A stretch of DNA of 64,000 nucleotides. Origin: the human T2T-CHM13v2.0 reference genome, Homo sapiens. Both the position numbers and the translations under genes were made by a program. Where the stretch lies: assembly GCF_009914755.1 (NCBI RefSeq), contig NC_060928.1. The stretch is one strand, 5' to 3'. The stretch's first letter is position 1. Every line of letters starts with the position of its first letter. Shown piece after piece: positions 16,848 through 34,147 of the stretch. Under the pieces are notes generated by a model. That model saw only the letters and a list, made by a program, of their open reading frames with translations. It ran no database searches and was not told the origin of the DNA.

Positions 16848-17259
16848 AAGGAGAGAGAGAGTGTGTAAGAGGGAGACAGAGAGAGGAAGACACAACTGTT
16901 TAGCTGGCATTAGGAACCAGAATTTGCTCCTTTTGCAAGTCTGATGTTCATGGAGTCGGGACACCATGTGCCATGGTTGAAGCAGCTTAGGTTTTGAAGA
17001 CAGACAGAGCTGTATCTGTTGGTCTAGCCACTTCCCAGCTGGGTGTCCCCGTTCAGGATACACTGCCCTTCAATGTTACCATCAAAGAGGGTTTAATGGG
17101 ACGCTGGGGAGGAAATCCCACCATAGTTCCTGGCCCCATGTAGGCGCTCAGCACTGTCAGTTCCCATCCTAAGGTCCTTCTTCGAAGAGAGAAGTTTCTG
17201 CTGCATGGAGAGGTAGAGACAGGGTGAAGGTACCCAGCTGTGGCTGGGTGGGCATCACA

Positions 17260-17830
17260 GGGGGTAAGGGGCAGAGAAAGCTTCCCCTTCACCCTCTGAA
17301 GGTTCACTGAACGTCAACTGACAAAAGGCAGATTAACAGGAGAAAGGCTGTGACAATTTATTTTAATATGCACAGCATGAGAGAATGGTTGCCCAATAAT
17401 CCAAAGGGGTACAGCAGTTTGTATACCATTCTTCACAGGGGAGGGAGGAAATGGGGAATGCAGACAATTCTTTTGAGTGGTAGTAAACAATTATTAGGGA
17501 GAATGAATGGACTGGGAGACAAAGTAACTTGTCAATGATTCTCTGGAATTTGATTGGCCAGAGGGGTAGGCTTAATCTGGTGGGAAAGTTCGTCCAGGTG
17601 TGTGCATTCCTCGGTCTTCTTTTCCACATGAGATAATGAGGTCTGAGGGAGGAGACGGCAGGCAATTGTGTTTGTCTTAGGGGGTCTGGTTTCTAGGTAG
17701 ATAAGGGAGTTTCAGAGGACTGCCCAGCTGCATCCTGTGCCTTGGTAGAGACCACAGGTTGAGACAGGAGGCAGTGGAGAGGTCACAAAGACCTTGAGGC
17801 AGCTTCTTTAGTTCAGTCATATTTTGAGGT
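17260..17830 (-). mobile_element. ERV1-type solo LTR (subfamily uncertain)
   Basis: gtaaggggcagagaaagcttccccttcaccctctgaaggttcactga...ttctgatttccttc, typical of MER4-group LTR ends. Confidence 0.55.
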
Positions 17831-17874
17831 GTAATATTCTGATTTCCTTCGGTGGGGGGCGGGGGGGGGGGCGG

Positions 17875-18908
17875 TTAACAGAAATACCAAACTCTGTGAA
17901 ATCTTTTAAAGAGGTTTATTCTGAGCCAATATGAGTGACCATGGCTCGGAGAAAACACAAACCCAAGAAGCCTTCAGTGGGTGGTCCCAAGGCAATTGGG
18001 TTACAGTTTGGTTTTATACATTTTAAGGAGGCAGGAATTATAGGCAAAGACATAAATCAATACATGGAAGGTATCTATTGGTTCGGCCCCAAAAGGTGGG
18101 ATATCTTAAAGCCAGGGGGCTTACAGATTATAAGTGGACTCAGAGATTCTCAGATTTGCAGTTGTTAAAGGAGTAAAGCTTTGTTTAAAGACTTGAATTC
18201 AGCACAAAGAAATGCTTACATTAAGAGAAGGGGTGGCCAGGTGTGGTGGTTCATGCCTTTAATCAAGCACTTTGGGTGACCAAGGTGGGTAGATCACTTA
18301 AGCCCAGGAGTTCAAGACCAGCCTGGGCAACATGATGAAATGCTGTCTCTATTAAAAATACAAAAAATTAGCTGAGTGTTGTGGCACTCACCTGTAATCC
18401 CAGCCACTTGGGAGGCTGAGGTGTGAGAATTGCTTGAGTCCATGGGTTGCAGTGAGCCGAGATCATGCCACTGCACTCCAGACTGGGTGAGAGTGAGACC
18501 CTATCTCAAAAAAAAAAAAAAAAAGATAAAGAGGTCATGTGATGCTATACCAGAGTCAGTTGGAAAGTAAGCCACATACTGGGTTAATTTAAAAGAACTG
18601 GCCTAATGAGATTTGATGGTTTGTAGGGCGTGACTTAACCCTTGCCTTGTAAGGCCTTAGGTCTTGTCTACAATTTGATGTCTTCTTGCTGCAGCCGGCT
18701 TTGTTAGTCTTATGATCCCCATTTTAACCTTAATCCTGGGCAGTTGTGCCTAAACTCCAAAAGGGAGGGGGCACAACCAGGTGTGTCCTACCTCCCTTCC
18801 CCTCACGGCAGGGAATTCAGTTTTTCAGGTCTCTCTGGGGTTCCCTCGGCCAAGAGTGGGTCTGTTCAGTTGTTTGGGGGTTAGGATTTCATTTTTGGTT
18901 TCTCCTCA
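17875..18908 (-). mobile_element. MER4-group solo LTR with an inserted Alu (18235-18523, +)
   Basis: Shares tttattctgagccaa...ggttttatacatttt and atttttggttt with the other MER4 LTRs in the window. Confidence 0.7.
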
Positions 18909-19089
18909 GCACATGTGTATCTCTGGAGAAAGCTAGGGAAAGAGGAAAGACAGGCAAAGCAAAAGGAGATTATTATCTAGAGGTTTTAATCAACTCATAA
19001 GGGAAATAAAGTTGAAACTCTACAGAAAAGGAGGTGAAATAGCACCCCACTGTCATCATATATTCATCATATATACGTATATATATTTT

Positions 19090-20454
<1,365 letters not shown>

Positions 20455-20834
20455 ACAGCATTTACACACTTTAGATATTCAGTGACAATGTTTAAATCCT
20501 AAACAACAGCTTATTTGTAGCAGAAGGGGATTAGTGGAAGGGAAGAGCCTGCTTTGAGAGCCCTTGCTACACCAGGATCAATATTGACTTCTTGTGAGAG
20601 GGGGAGATCATATCCTGTTCCAGTAGGAAACACATTGCCTCTAATACTCTTAACACAGGGAGAGACCCAAACTATACACTTGGTGTGGAATTTTAAAAGG
20701 AAACATTTTTAAAATATTAGCAGGTAGGAAACAGATATTGAGGTACTAAAACAAGTCAGACAAGGAGATAGTGGGGGAGACAACTGGTAAGGAGCTAAAA
20801 CTGAAATAAATAATGTGAAGCGAAATAATAGTTA

Positions 20835-22910
<2,076 letters not shown>

Positions 22911-23156
22911 CAGAAGTTTATTATGGGGTGAAAAGAGGAAGTTAAGGACAGGAGGCAAGACCTACTGAAGGCTCAAAAACTGACAGAGGAGGAAGTATGG
23001 ATGTGGAAGTGAAAGAAGTCCACAGAGCTCATCACAAGATGAAGGTGGTCCCAGGCATCAGAGTTGATTATCTAATGAAATAAAGGAGAAGAAAGTCATA
23101 CTGTTTTATAACAGGGAAACGTCGGCAGGTAGGAGCCATCATCCCCAAAGTTTTCT

Positions 23157-23660
23157 TGTACCTGCTGGGCAAGGTGTCAGAGCCCTGGCAATGGAAAGTG
23201 ATTGGCCCACAGGGAGTAAGAATTTACCGACAACAATATAGGTTTGAAAAGGAAAGTTTTATTAGATTGAGAGAAAGCTGCAGAAGAGTGCAGCGGGCTG
23301 CCTCAGCGAGAGGACTGAGCGCGCCGGGGAGGATTTTCCTTAGGGGTATTTATGGACCTTAAAGCAAGAGCTTAGGGGTAATTTGGTCCATATTAGCCAC
23401 ATATGTCATGATAAATGATTACATTTGTAGACATTTTGGTGTCGTAATGTCAGCAAGGGTTGCACAATGAGTTTTGTCATGCATGCATTCCGGAGATGTA
23501 TAGAGGTAGAGAAAGTCTAGTTACATATAAATTTTGGGGAAAGAAGCCTGGAACCGGCCTTAGATATAGGGAAGATCAATTATTTCTAAACTCCTCAGAT
23601 AAGGAGTTCTGCCTCTGGATGGTCGGCTTCATGGCCACCAGGTGGTCTTTGCTCTCTTTA
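23157..23660 (-). mobile_element. ERV1-type solo LTR (subfamily uncertain)
   Basis: LTR-like composition with minus-strand AATAAA (tttatt near 23257-23262); about 500 bp. Confidence 0.5.
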
Positions 23661-23925
23661 GTGGCCCCTCCCTCCTGGCCTCCTCATCTCCAGGCAATCT
23701 TTATGTCACTATAGATTCATTTGCATTTTGAGAATTTTATATAAGTGAAATTATTCAGTAGTACTCTTTTTTAAAATCCTTGCTTTCATTCAGCATAATT
23801 ATTTTGAGATTCACTCATTTTTGGGGGGTATCAATAGTTTATTCCTTTTTCTTATTGTTAAGTAGTATCCCATTGTATGGCTCTATCATGATTTATTTAT
23901 CTACTCACCTGTTGATGGATACTCT

Positions 23926-24336
23926 TGTGAGTCAGGGTTCTCCAGAGAAACAGAATCAATACACACACTCACACATAGACACACACACGGAGAATTATTT
24001 TAAGGAATTGGCTCACACAGTTGTGGGGGCTGGCAAGTCTGAAATCTGCAGGAAAGGCTGGTAGGCAAAAGTTGATGTTACAATCTGGTGTTGAAGGCAG
24101 TCTGGAGGCAGAAGTCCTTTCTCTTTGGGGGACCTCAGTCTTACCTCCTAGGGCCTTCAACTGATTGGATGAGGCCCACCCACATTAAGGAGGGTAATCT
24201 GCTTTACTCCAAGTCAATTGATTTCAATATTAATCACATCTAAAAAAACACCTTCACAGCAACATTTAGGCTGGTGTTTGACCAAACAACTAGGCACCGT
24301 ATGCTAGCCAAGCTGATGCATAAAATTAGCCATCAC
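23926..24336 (-). mobile_element. MLT2 (ERVL) LTR within an old L1M fragment (~23700-26110)
   Basis: tgtgagtcagggttctccagagaaacagaa...ttggctcacac...ggctggcaagtctgaaatctgcagg...aaattagccatcaca. Confidence 0.8.
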
Positions 24337-24394
24337 AGAGTTGTTCCTGTTACAAACAAAGCTGCTGTGAATATTTGTGTACAATTCTTTGTAC

Positions 24395-25819
<1,425 letters not shown>

Positions 25820-26145
25820 GTATGGACATACAATTTTGTTTCTCTTAGGGAAATACCTATGAATGGAATGACTGGGTTATACATTGGAGGTATGTCTAAC
25901 TAAAAGACTCCCTTCCAAACTGTTTTTCAAAGTGGTTGTACCGTTTTACATTCCCACCAGCATTGTATGAAAGTTTCAGTTGCTCTCATATCCTCTCCTG
26001 TCTTTTTTAATTGCTATCATCTGTCTTTTTGATTTTAGACATTGTAATAGGTATGTAGTACTATCTAATTGTGATTTAAATTTGCATTCCACTAATGACT
26101 AATGACGTGCCCCATCTTTAACGCAACATTTCCCTTTACTTGCAG

Positions 26146-26245
26146 GTTATTTTGCTTTGCAAGTTGGAAAGGCAAGATTAAAATACAAAGTTACGCCCCC
26201 AGCAGTCACTGGGTCACCAGAGTTTGAGAGAGTATTTCGGGCACA
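26146..26245 (+). CDS. MGST2: MGST2 coding exon 2 ([34 protein letters not shown])
   Basis: Acceptor tttccctttacttgcag and donor GTAAGT at 26246. 100 nt, phase consistent with exon 1. Contains the MAPEG motif FERVFRAQ. Confidence 0.97.
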
Positions 26246-28623
26246 GTAAGTAATGCTTCTTCCACCCTTCATGGATCTGTGCCTGCCATACAGACACAAT
26301 TCCTGACTAGGGGAAAGGGATATGGAGAAGACCCTAAGTTCATGTGCAATATCTAGTTATAACAAGTCACTCTTCACAGCCAAGACCGTTCTCAGAATCC
26401 AGAAAGTTTGAAGGGTTCGGGGCATGAAGTCTCTGCCCACATCTATTACCAATTCAGCAGGGTATATTTACAGAAAAGGCTGGGATCTCAGGAGGGACTG
26501 CTGTGTCTCCCAAGGAGGGTCACTGGGTCAAAGAGGCCCCCTGGAGCCTTGTGAGACCACAATAGTCTGAAGTTGGATTCGTTATGCTACAATTTTCTAT
26601 CTTATTTTTTCCTCCCTACTTCAAAACAGAGGTAGATCAGGATTAATCTTTTGCCAGTTTCTCTGTGAACCATTTCTTAAAATCAGAAACCTGTAAGAAT
26701 GAGAAAGCTTGCCAGCTCACATGCATGCGCCATGTTTTTTGATCATCTTGTGCTCCTTGTTTTTTCAGACCCACACAAAATGTTCCACCATAAACACCGT
26801 GAACTTGCCTGCTGCAGGAATGCTAGGGCGTACTTTATATTTCATCCCCCAAAATACGTGCTTTAAGAAACATTTCATGCGTCACCACTGATATATCATT
26901 GGGTTCTTTTGTTACCATCTTGGGATTTTTCATTTATGTTTACAAGTGAGATTGGCCTACACTTTGCCTTTCTTGTCTGGTTCTTGTCTCATTTTGATAC
27001 AGATGAACCTAGTGTCAAATGAGTTGGAGGAAGCATCCTGTTCTACTTTCTCAGATAATTTTAATAAGGTTGGAAGAGTGTGTTCCTTCAAGGTTGTGTA
27101 GAACTTGCCTTAAAATAATCTGGGCCTAATGTTTTTCTGGTGGGAAATTTTTAAATTATGGGATTTGCATTCTTTAATGATTATTGGACTAGGCAGGCTT
27201 TTTGTTACATCTTGAATCAATTTTGGTAGGCCTTGGTCCTTGAGATGATAACATTGGTCTCTTGATTATCCACTTGCTCCAAGGAGGGTTTTACAGACTA
27301 CTCCCTAGGCTTGAAAGCGTGGGGTGAATACCACCGGGAGTACACGAGATAATTGTAAGAGGTGTGTAGACTTGGTTTTAAATAACATTGAACTACATGA
27401 TGAGAAGTCATTCTCATTTCAATTATCTTTGAATCCTTATGGTTAAGTCAAGTGGAAAGTATTGGTTTGGAGCCAGCATGTCCCACACCTCAAAATTAAT
27501 GTTTATTTTTATCAAAGTAATTTATGTACGTGATCTGAAGATAAAGTGGGATTACAGGTTTTATGACAACAAATAACTCTTCCTTGTCCCTACCTCCCCT
27601 CTCCCTCTATCCCTAGAGATAACCCTTTTTGATTACTACTTTGGGTATTTACTTCTGTATTTCTAAACATTATACTTTCACTGCTATTTATTGATTCACA
27701 AATTTTAGACATTGTCAGTTGGCTTCTTTTTATGGAAGAAATAATTTCATGCTCCTTTACTTCTTCTTTTCCTTACCTCATCCTTCCAGTAACATTATAT
27801 CACTCTGTTAGGTTAAATCAATAGCCAATGTTTATAATTATTGTGATTAAGAAAATAATGTTGAAAGCAGGGCCTTATAGTATACTGTGGTTACATTTCC
27901 TTCTTGTGCAATTTTTTTTCCCTAGGGTTAATAATTGCTCTTTATTTCTTTGTTTGCTTAGTTTCATGCCCAAATCTTCTGCAGAACTGAAAATCTCCTT
28001 TCGTTACATTCAAATGCATTAGATAATCTAGTAATACATTTTTCTGTCTTGGAGTCATTTCTGCCTGAGTCCTCCACTTTTCGCTTCAAGTTGCGGGATG
28101 CTCTTGGTGCTTGCTGCACAGCTGCTATCCTGGGACTTCCTGTCACCATCCTAGAAATTTCCCTTATACTGTCCTGATTTGGATTTCCTGGACCTCCTGT
28201 TTTCCTGTTTATTGGTTTTCTCTCTCTTTTTAGTGGAGTGCACCCTTCAGAAGCTTCCTGAGAAAGGGTGAATGTTTGGTAAAGTTTTGAGACTTCACAT
28301 ATCTGAAAATGCACCTTTATCTTGCCTCACAGTTAAGGGATGGCTTGTTTAAATGCATTTCTGTATTAGAAATCCTTACCCTTAGAGTTTTTGAAAAAAT
28401 TTGCTCCATGGCTTCCTAGTTCCCACTGATATTGTTGAGATGTTCTGTGCTATTCTGATTCTGGACCTTTTGTTTGGAAACTATGGAAGCTTCAGGATCT
28501 TGCCTGGCCTACTGTCCCGAGATGTTAATAGCATTGTGCTTGTTGAGAGGCTTTTTCTTCACTGTGCTCAACCCCAGGTGAGGCCTTTTCACAGCCTGAA
28601 AACTCATGTCCTTCTGTTTTAGA

Positions 28624-29803
28624 ATTTTTTTTTTGTTTTGAGACAGGGTCTCAGTGTTGCCTTGGCTGAAGTACAGTGGCACAATCTCACCTCACTGCAG
28701 CCTTGACCTGCCAGCCTCAGGCAATCCTCCTACCTCTGCCTCCTGAGTATCTAGGACTACAGATCTGTGCTACAATGCCCTGCTAATATTTGTATTTTTT
28801 GGTAGAGATAAGGTTTCACCATGTTGCCCAGTCTGGTCTCAAACATCTGGGCTCAAGCAATCTGCCCACCTCAGCCTCCCAAAGTGCTGGGAATACAGGT
28901 GTTAGCCACTACTCCTGGCCCAGAATATTTTTTAATATTATTTCTTCCCCCAGATTTCCTCTCCTTCATTTTCTCTGTTCTTTCATTCTTAAAACGCATA
29001 CTAGTTGTGTGTTAACCTCCAGGACTGATCCTCTAGTTTTCTTTTATCTTCAGGTTTTCATAATTTTGGATTTTTGTTCTTTCAGAGGAATTTCCTCAAC
29101 TTCTAACTTTTTATCTGAAATTTGAGATATCATAATTTTAATTTCCAATAACTTATTTTTATTCTCTGATTGCTTTTTAGTTGTTGGTGCTGATGTTAAA
29201 CCGTCACTTTTTTATTTCATTGATGTAGTTTATTCTCTTATATTTGAGGATTTTAATTATAATTTTAAAAATTCTCTGTAACATTTCTGTTTCTTCCAAG
29301 TATCTTTGTGTCTTTTTTGGCCTTTGTCTTTCATTTGTATTTATTATTTACCCATTAAGTATTTATTGAGCACTTCTGTGTACCGGGCATTGTTATAATA
29401 GCTTGGCCTAGATCCATGAACAAATCCCACAAAAATCCTTGCCCTCTTGGAGTTTGCTGAGGAAGCCAGAAAATAAACAATAAGCAGATGATATTATAAG
29501 AAAATAATATAAGCTGGGCATAGTAGCTCACACCTGTAATCCCAGGGACTCAGTAGGCCCAGGCGGGAGAACTGCTTGAGACCAGAAGTTCAAGAGCAGC
29601 CTGGGCAACATAGCAAGAGCCCCCTCTCTCTATTAAAAAAAAATTAAAAAATTAGCCACATGTGGGTACATACCTGCAGTCCTAGCTACTTGGGAGGCTG
29701 AGGTTGGAGGATTGGTTGAGCCCAGGAGTTCAAGGCTTCAGTGAGCTATGATCATGCCACTATACTCCAGCCTGGGCAACAGCGAAAGACCCCAACTCAA
29801 AAT
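28624..29803. mobile_element. AluJ (-, 28624-28922) and AluJ (+, 29513-29803) amid old L1M/L2 remnants
   Basis: Diverged Alu consensus (gggctcaagc, cccaggagttcaag). Confidence 0.85.
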
Positions 29804-30347
29804 GAAAGAGAAAATCATATATTATGTTAGAAGGTAATTGGTGCTAAAAAAAAAAAAAACAAAAACAGAAAGGATAGCGTTGTAAGAGGGTATGGGATGG
29901 GTTCCTGGGGGGTAAGTTGGGTGGTCTGTGATATACAATAAAGCTATGGGTGTAGGTCCCGCTGAGAAGGTGGCATTTGTGAACATGTAGAGAAAGAGCT
30001 CTTGGGTCAGAGACAATAGTCAGAGAAAAGCCCTTAGCTGAGGATACACCCAGTGGGTTAGTCAGGAGGTTAGGGGGCTGCAGGGAGCCTGGCAGGGAGT
30101 GGGAGGAGGTCAACTCAGAGAGGTCATAGACGGCTGGGTCACACTGGGCCTTAAAGGCCACTGTAGGGGACTTTGGCTTTTCTCTGAGTGAAATGGAAAG
30201 TCATGACAGGGTTTTAAGCAAAAGAGTGACATGATCTTATATTTTAAAAGGAGAATCCTGTTTGCTTTGCTGAGAAGAGCCTGTATAGAGGCATTGGTAG
30301 AAGCAGAAAATGCATTTAGAATTCCAGGCAAGAGATGATGGTGGCTG

Positions 30348-30812
30348 TGTTGCAGAATTTTTGCTCCTTAGTTCAGCTAAAACTGGGTTCTTGTCACATG
30401 GCCAGGAAAGATTAGGCGTGCTGACACATTGAAGGGTGAGTAGAGCAGAATTTATTGGATGTAAAGGAAAAAAAGAAAAAAAAAAAAAGAAACTCAACAA
30501 AGCGGGAGGGGGTCCTACTCACAGGCCCCTGCCTCGCAGATTAATTCCAGGTCACCACCCACGAGCTGGAGACCAGGCTCCTCCCTCTGCACAAGGTTCG
30601 AACTTCCTGTGGCTCCACCCTGTTCCTCCAGTGAGCATGCAGGCTTTATTCAGAAAGAATCAGTTTGGAAAGGGCAGGCAAGCGGGGGCAGTTCTCCCTC
30701 AGGGTGGCAAGTTTCATCCTGGACCAGCAGTCCAGGCTTTCAGCCTTCAAGCTTTTTTAGACTTGAGGGTGGGGTTTCACCAGGGACCCTTGGCTGTCTC
30801 CTGTCTCTGTCA
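30348..30812 (-). mobile_element. MER4-group ERV1 solo LTR (MER61/MER83-like) inserted in an L2 remnant
   Basis: tgttgcagaatttttgctccttagttcagct...tggctgtctcctgtctctgtca; TSD gctg/gcta. L2-like flanks span about 29340-31300. Confidence 0.7.
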
Positions 30813-31308
30813 GCTAGAGCCAGGGAGATAGCAGTGAAATGATGGGAAGTGGTCAGGTTCTGGATATATTTTGAGGGTAGACTCATAGAATTTTCTGACA
30901 TAATGAATGTGAAGTGTGAGAACAGTCAAGAATGATTCTTGGATTATTGGCCTGAGCATCCATCCCAAAGGATGGCCTTGCGATGATCTGAGATGGAGAA
31001 GGCTGCAGGAGAACTGGTTTTGGGGAAGTATTAGGAGGTTCTGTCTTGACATGTTGTGTTTGAGATGTGACTTAAGGAGAGGCCTTAAGCATTATGATCT
31101 ACTAAGCTATTTGGATTGTTTATGATTGCATCATAAACTGACAAATACATTGTTGGTTACACCTCCAAGTAGAGAGGCAGCTGGATAAACAAATCTGCAT
31201 TTTAGGAGAGAGAGCTGAGCTGGAAATATAAATTCAGGGGTCATTGGCACAGGAAGATGATTTACAGCCATGAGACTGGATAAAATCACTTAGGGGAGTG
31301 TGTGTAGG

Positions 31309-31982
31309 TGTATTAGTCCGTTTTCACACTGCTGATAAAGACATACCCGAGACTGAGCAATTTACAAAACAAAGAGGTTTAATTGGACTTACAGTTCCAT
31401 GTGGTTGGGGAAGCCTCACAGTCATGGAGAAAGGCAAGTCACATTTTACATGGATGGCAGCAGGCAAAAAATGAGAGAGCTTGTGCAGGGGAATGCCTCT
31501 TTTAAAAACCATCAGTTTTGTGTTTTTTTTTTTTTTTTTTTTTTTGAGATGGAGTCTCACCCTGTCACCCAGGCTGGAGTGCAGTGGCCACAATCTTGGC
31601 TCACTGCAACCTCCGCCTCCCAGGTTCAAGCAATTCTTGTGCCTCAGCCTCCTGCGTACTGGGACTACAGGTGCCTGCCACCATGCCTAGCTAATTTTTT
31701 GTATTTTTAATGGAGACAGGGTTTCACCATGTTGACTGGGCTGGTCTTGAATGCCTAAACTCAGGTGATCTGACTGCCTTGGCCTCCCAAAGTGCTGGGA
31801 TTACAGGTATGAACCACCGTACCCGGCCTAAAACCATCAGATCTTGTGAGACATATTCACTGTCACAAGAATAGCATGGGAAAGACTTGCCTCCATGATT
31901 CAATTACCTCCCACCAGGTCCCTCCTACAACACGTGGGAATTCAAGATGAGACTGGGGTGGGGACACAGCCAAACCATATCA
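31309..31982 (-). mobile_element. THE1 (THE1A-like) MaLR LTR with an inserted Alu (31523-31828)
   Basis: tgtattagtccgttttcacactgctgataaagacatacccgagactg...cacagccaaaccatatca; 5-bp TSD gtagg (31304-08 / 31983-87). Confidence 0.88.
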
Positions 31983-32790
31983 GTAGGTAAAGAACAAAAG
32001 AGGACTGAGCCCTGATGGCATCAGGAGGTCAAGATGATGACAAGGGTCCTGCAGAGAGATCTGAATAAAGGAGATCTTAGAGGTTTTACCCAAACATCTG
32101 GTATTAATAATTCTCAACTGGCTGTTAAGAAAGAGGCATTAGAGAGTGACGTGGAAGCTCCATGTGCATGGCTGGGGCTTATGATTGGTCAGGAGGCAGC
32201 TTTCTTCTGGAGAACCCTCAAAGTATCTGTAGGTCATCTTTCTGGTACCACTTAGTTTCTCTAGAGAAAACTCTTTAAACCTCCTTCAGGGGTTGAAGGA
32301 AAGAGGGGTGGAGATAGGATAATAGGCCTGACTTTTGAGAGTGCAGTAGTAAAGACAGGAAGGTTTTTCGACTGTGCAGTGTGCAGCATGCAGATTCTGA
32401 CTGTTTTCAGGACAGAATTTTACCCCCACCCTCTATTATTCCTGAAGTCCCTAACAGTCTCTGGTTCTGTTTCTCCAGGCAATAAGCCTCCCACCTCCTG
32501 TGATGGGGAGCAGGCTGGGGCTCAGGAGTGGGAAGCAGAGGTGGAGGGCAGCTAAGCCCTCCTTATTCAGTTTTTCAACCACTCTTAAGTTCCAGCCTTT
32601 GGCCTCTAAGGTACCTGGGGTGCCCAATTCCTGAGCTTCTTTTGGTTCTGGGGTAAGGATGGTCTCAGTCTTCATTGCTTCTTCCTTCAGCAGGCACATA
32701 GGTTTCAGCTTTCTGTACTCTACCAGTCCAGCCACTGTTCCTCCATGTGCTGTCTTTCCCGCAGAATTTTGCTAATGGCTCTCTTCCACT

Positions 32791-33030
32791 CTTGAGAGAT
32801 TGTTTGGAGGTTCCAGCAGGGGAGCATAGCTACTCATATACCCTTGACCGAAAACTGGTCCTCCTCTATGGAGGATGGTCGTCCTCTTTGACTGAGCATG
32901 CAGCTTTGGGAGGGACGCACATGGAGTGGGGAGGGAGGAAGGGAACACCCGCCTAGCCAGCCAGATCAGCCGAATCAACCCTGGCAATTGATGGGGTGAC
33001 AGATGTTGCAGCCAGATTACCCTCACTTCC
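32791..33030 (-). pseudogene. 7SK snRNA (RN7SK) pseudogene, 5'-complete and 3'-truncated (~240 nt)
   Basis: Reverse complement reads GGAAGTGAGGGTAATCTGGCTGCAACATCTGTCACCCCATC...GGGTTGATTCGGCTGATCTGGCTGGCTAGGCGGGTG...CCTCCAAACAATCTCTCAAG, the 7SK 5' portion. 15-bp TSD with 2 mismatches (32780-32794 / 33031-33045). Confidence 0.92.
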
Positions 33031-33218
33031 TCTCTTTTACTCTTGTGTCTGCTCTCATTCTCTTTGTTCTTGATTACTCATATCTATTTTTTTTTCTTTA
33101 ACTAGCATTTTAGTGAAGCTTCAGAAGTGAGAAGAAATGAGCATGGGTTCAATCTGCCATGTTTAACAGGAAGTCATCATGATACATTTTTGATATCCTG
33201 TGCACACCCATTTTCCCT

Positions 33219-34147
33219 TGTCAACAAAAAGAGTCAAACTCTATAAAATACTTAAAGAGATTTATGTATGTATTTATTTATTTTTAGACAGAATCTCACT
33301 CTGTCGCCCATACTGGAGTGCAATGGCGCAATCTTGGCTCACTGCAACCTCCCCTTCCTGGGTTCAAGCGATTCTCTTGCCTCAGCCTCCCCAGTAGCTG
33401 GGACTACAGGCATGTGCCACCACACCCGGCTAATTTTTGTATTTTTAGTAGAGACAGGGTTTCACCATCTTGGCCAGGCTGGTCTCAAAGTCCTGACCTC
33501 AAGTGATCCACCCTCCTTGGCCTCCCAAAGTGCTGGGATTACAGGCATGAGCCACCACACCCAGCCTGAAGAGATTTATTCTGAGCCAAATATGAGTGAT
33601 CATAGCCCATGCCACAGCCCTCAGGAGGTCCTGAGAACACGTGCCCAGTTTGTTTGGGGTGCAACTTGGCGTTATACATTTTAGGGAGATATGAAACTTC
33701 AATCAAATACATTTAAGAAATACATTGGTTTTGTCCAGAAAAGTGGGACAATGTGAAGTGTGGTGGGGTGGGAGCAGGGGGCTTCCAGCTTATAGGTAGA
33801 TTTAAAATTTTTCCTGGTTGACAACTGGTTGAGTTTATCTAAAGACCTGGGATCAACAGAAGGGAATGTCTGGGTTAAGATAAAGGATTATGGAGACCAA
33901 AGTTCTTGTTTGCAGAGGAAGCCTTCAGATGGTAGGCTTCAGAGAGAATAGTTTGTAAAACGTTTCTTATCAGCCTTAAAGTCTGTGTTGCTGTGAATGC
34001 TGAAGAGGTATAAGGGGGTATGTCTGACTCTCACTTTCCATCATGGCCTGAAACAGCCTCTCAGGTTAAATTTTTAAAAGAGCCCTGGCTGAGGAGGAAG
34101 TCCATTCAGATGGTTGGGGGGCCTTAGAATTTAATTTTTGGTTTACA
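33219..34147 (-). mobile_element. MER4D/E-type solo LTR with an inserted Alu (33265-33566)
   Basis: TG...CA ends; 4-bp TSD ccct (33215-18 / 34148-51); Alu TSD aagagattta. Confidence 0.82.
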
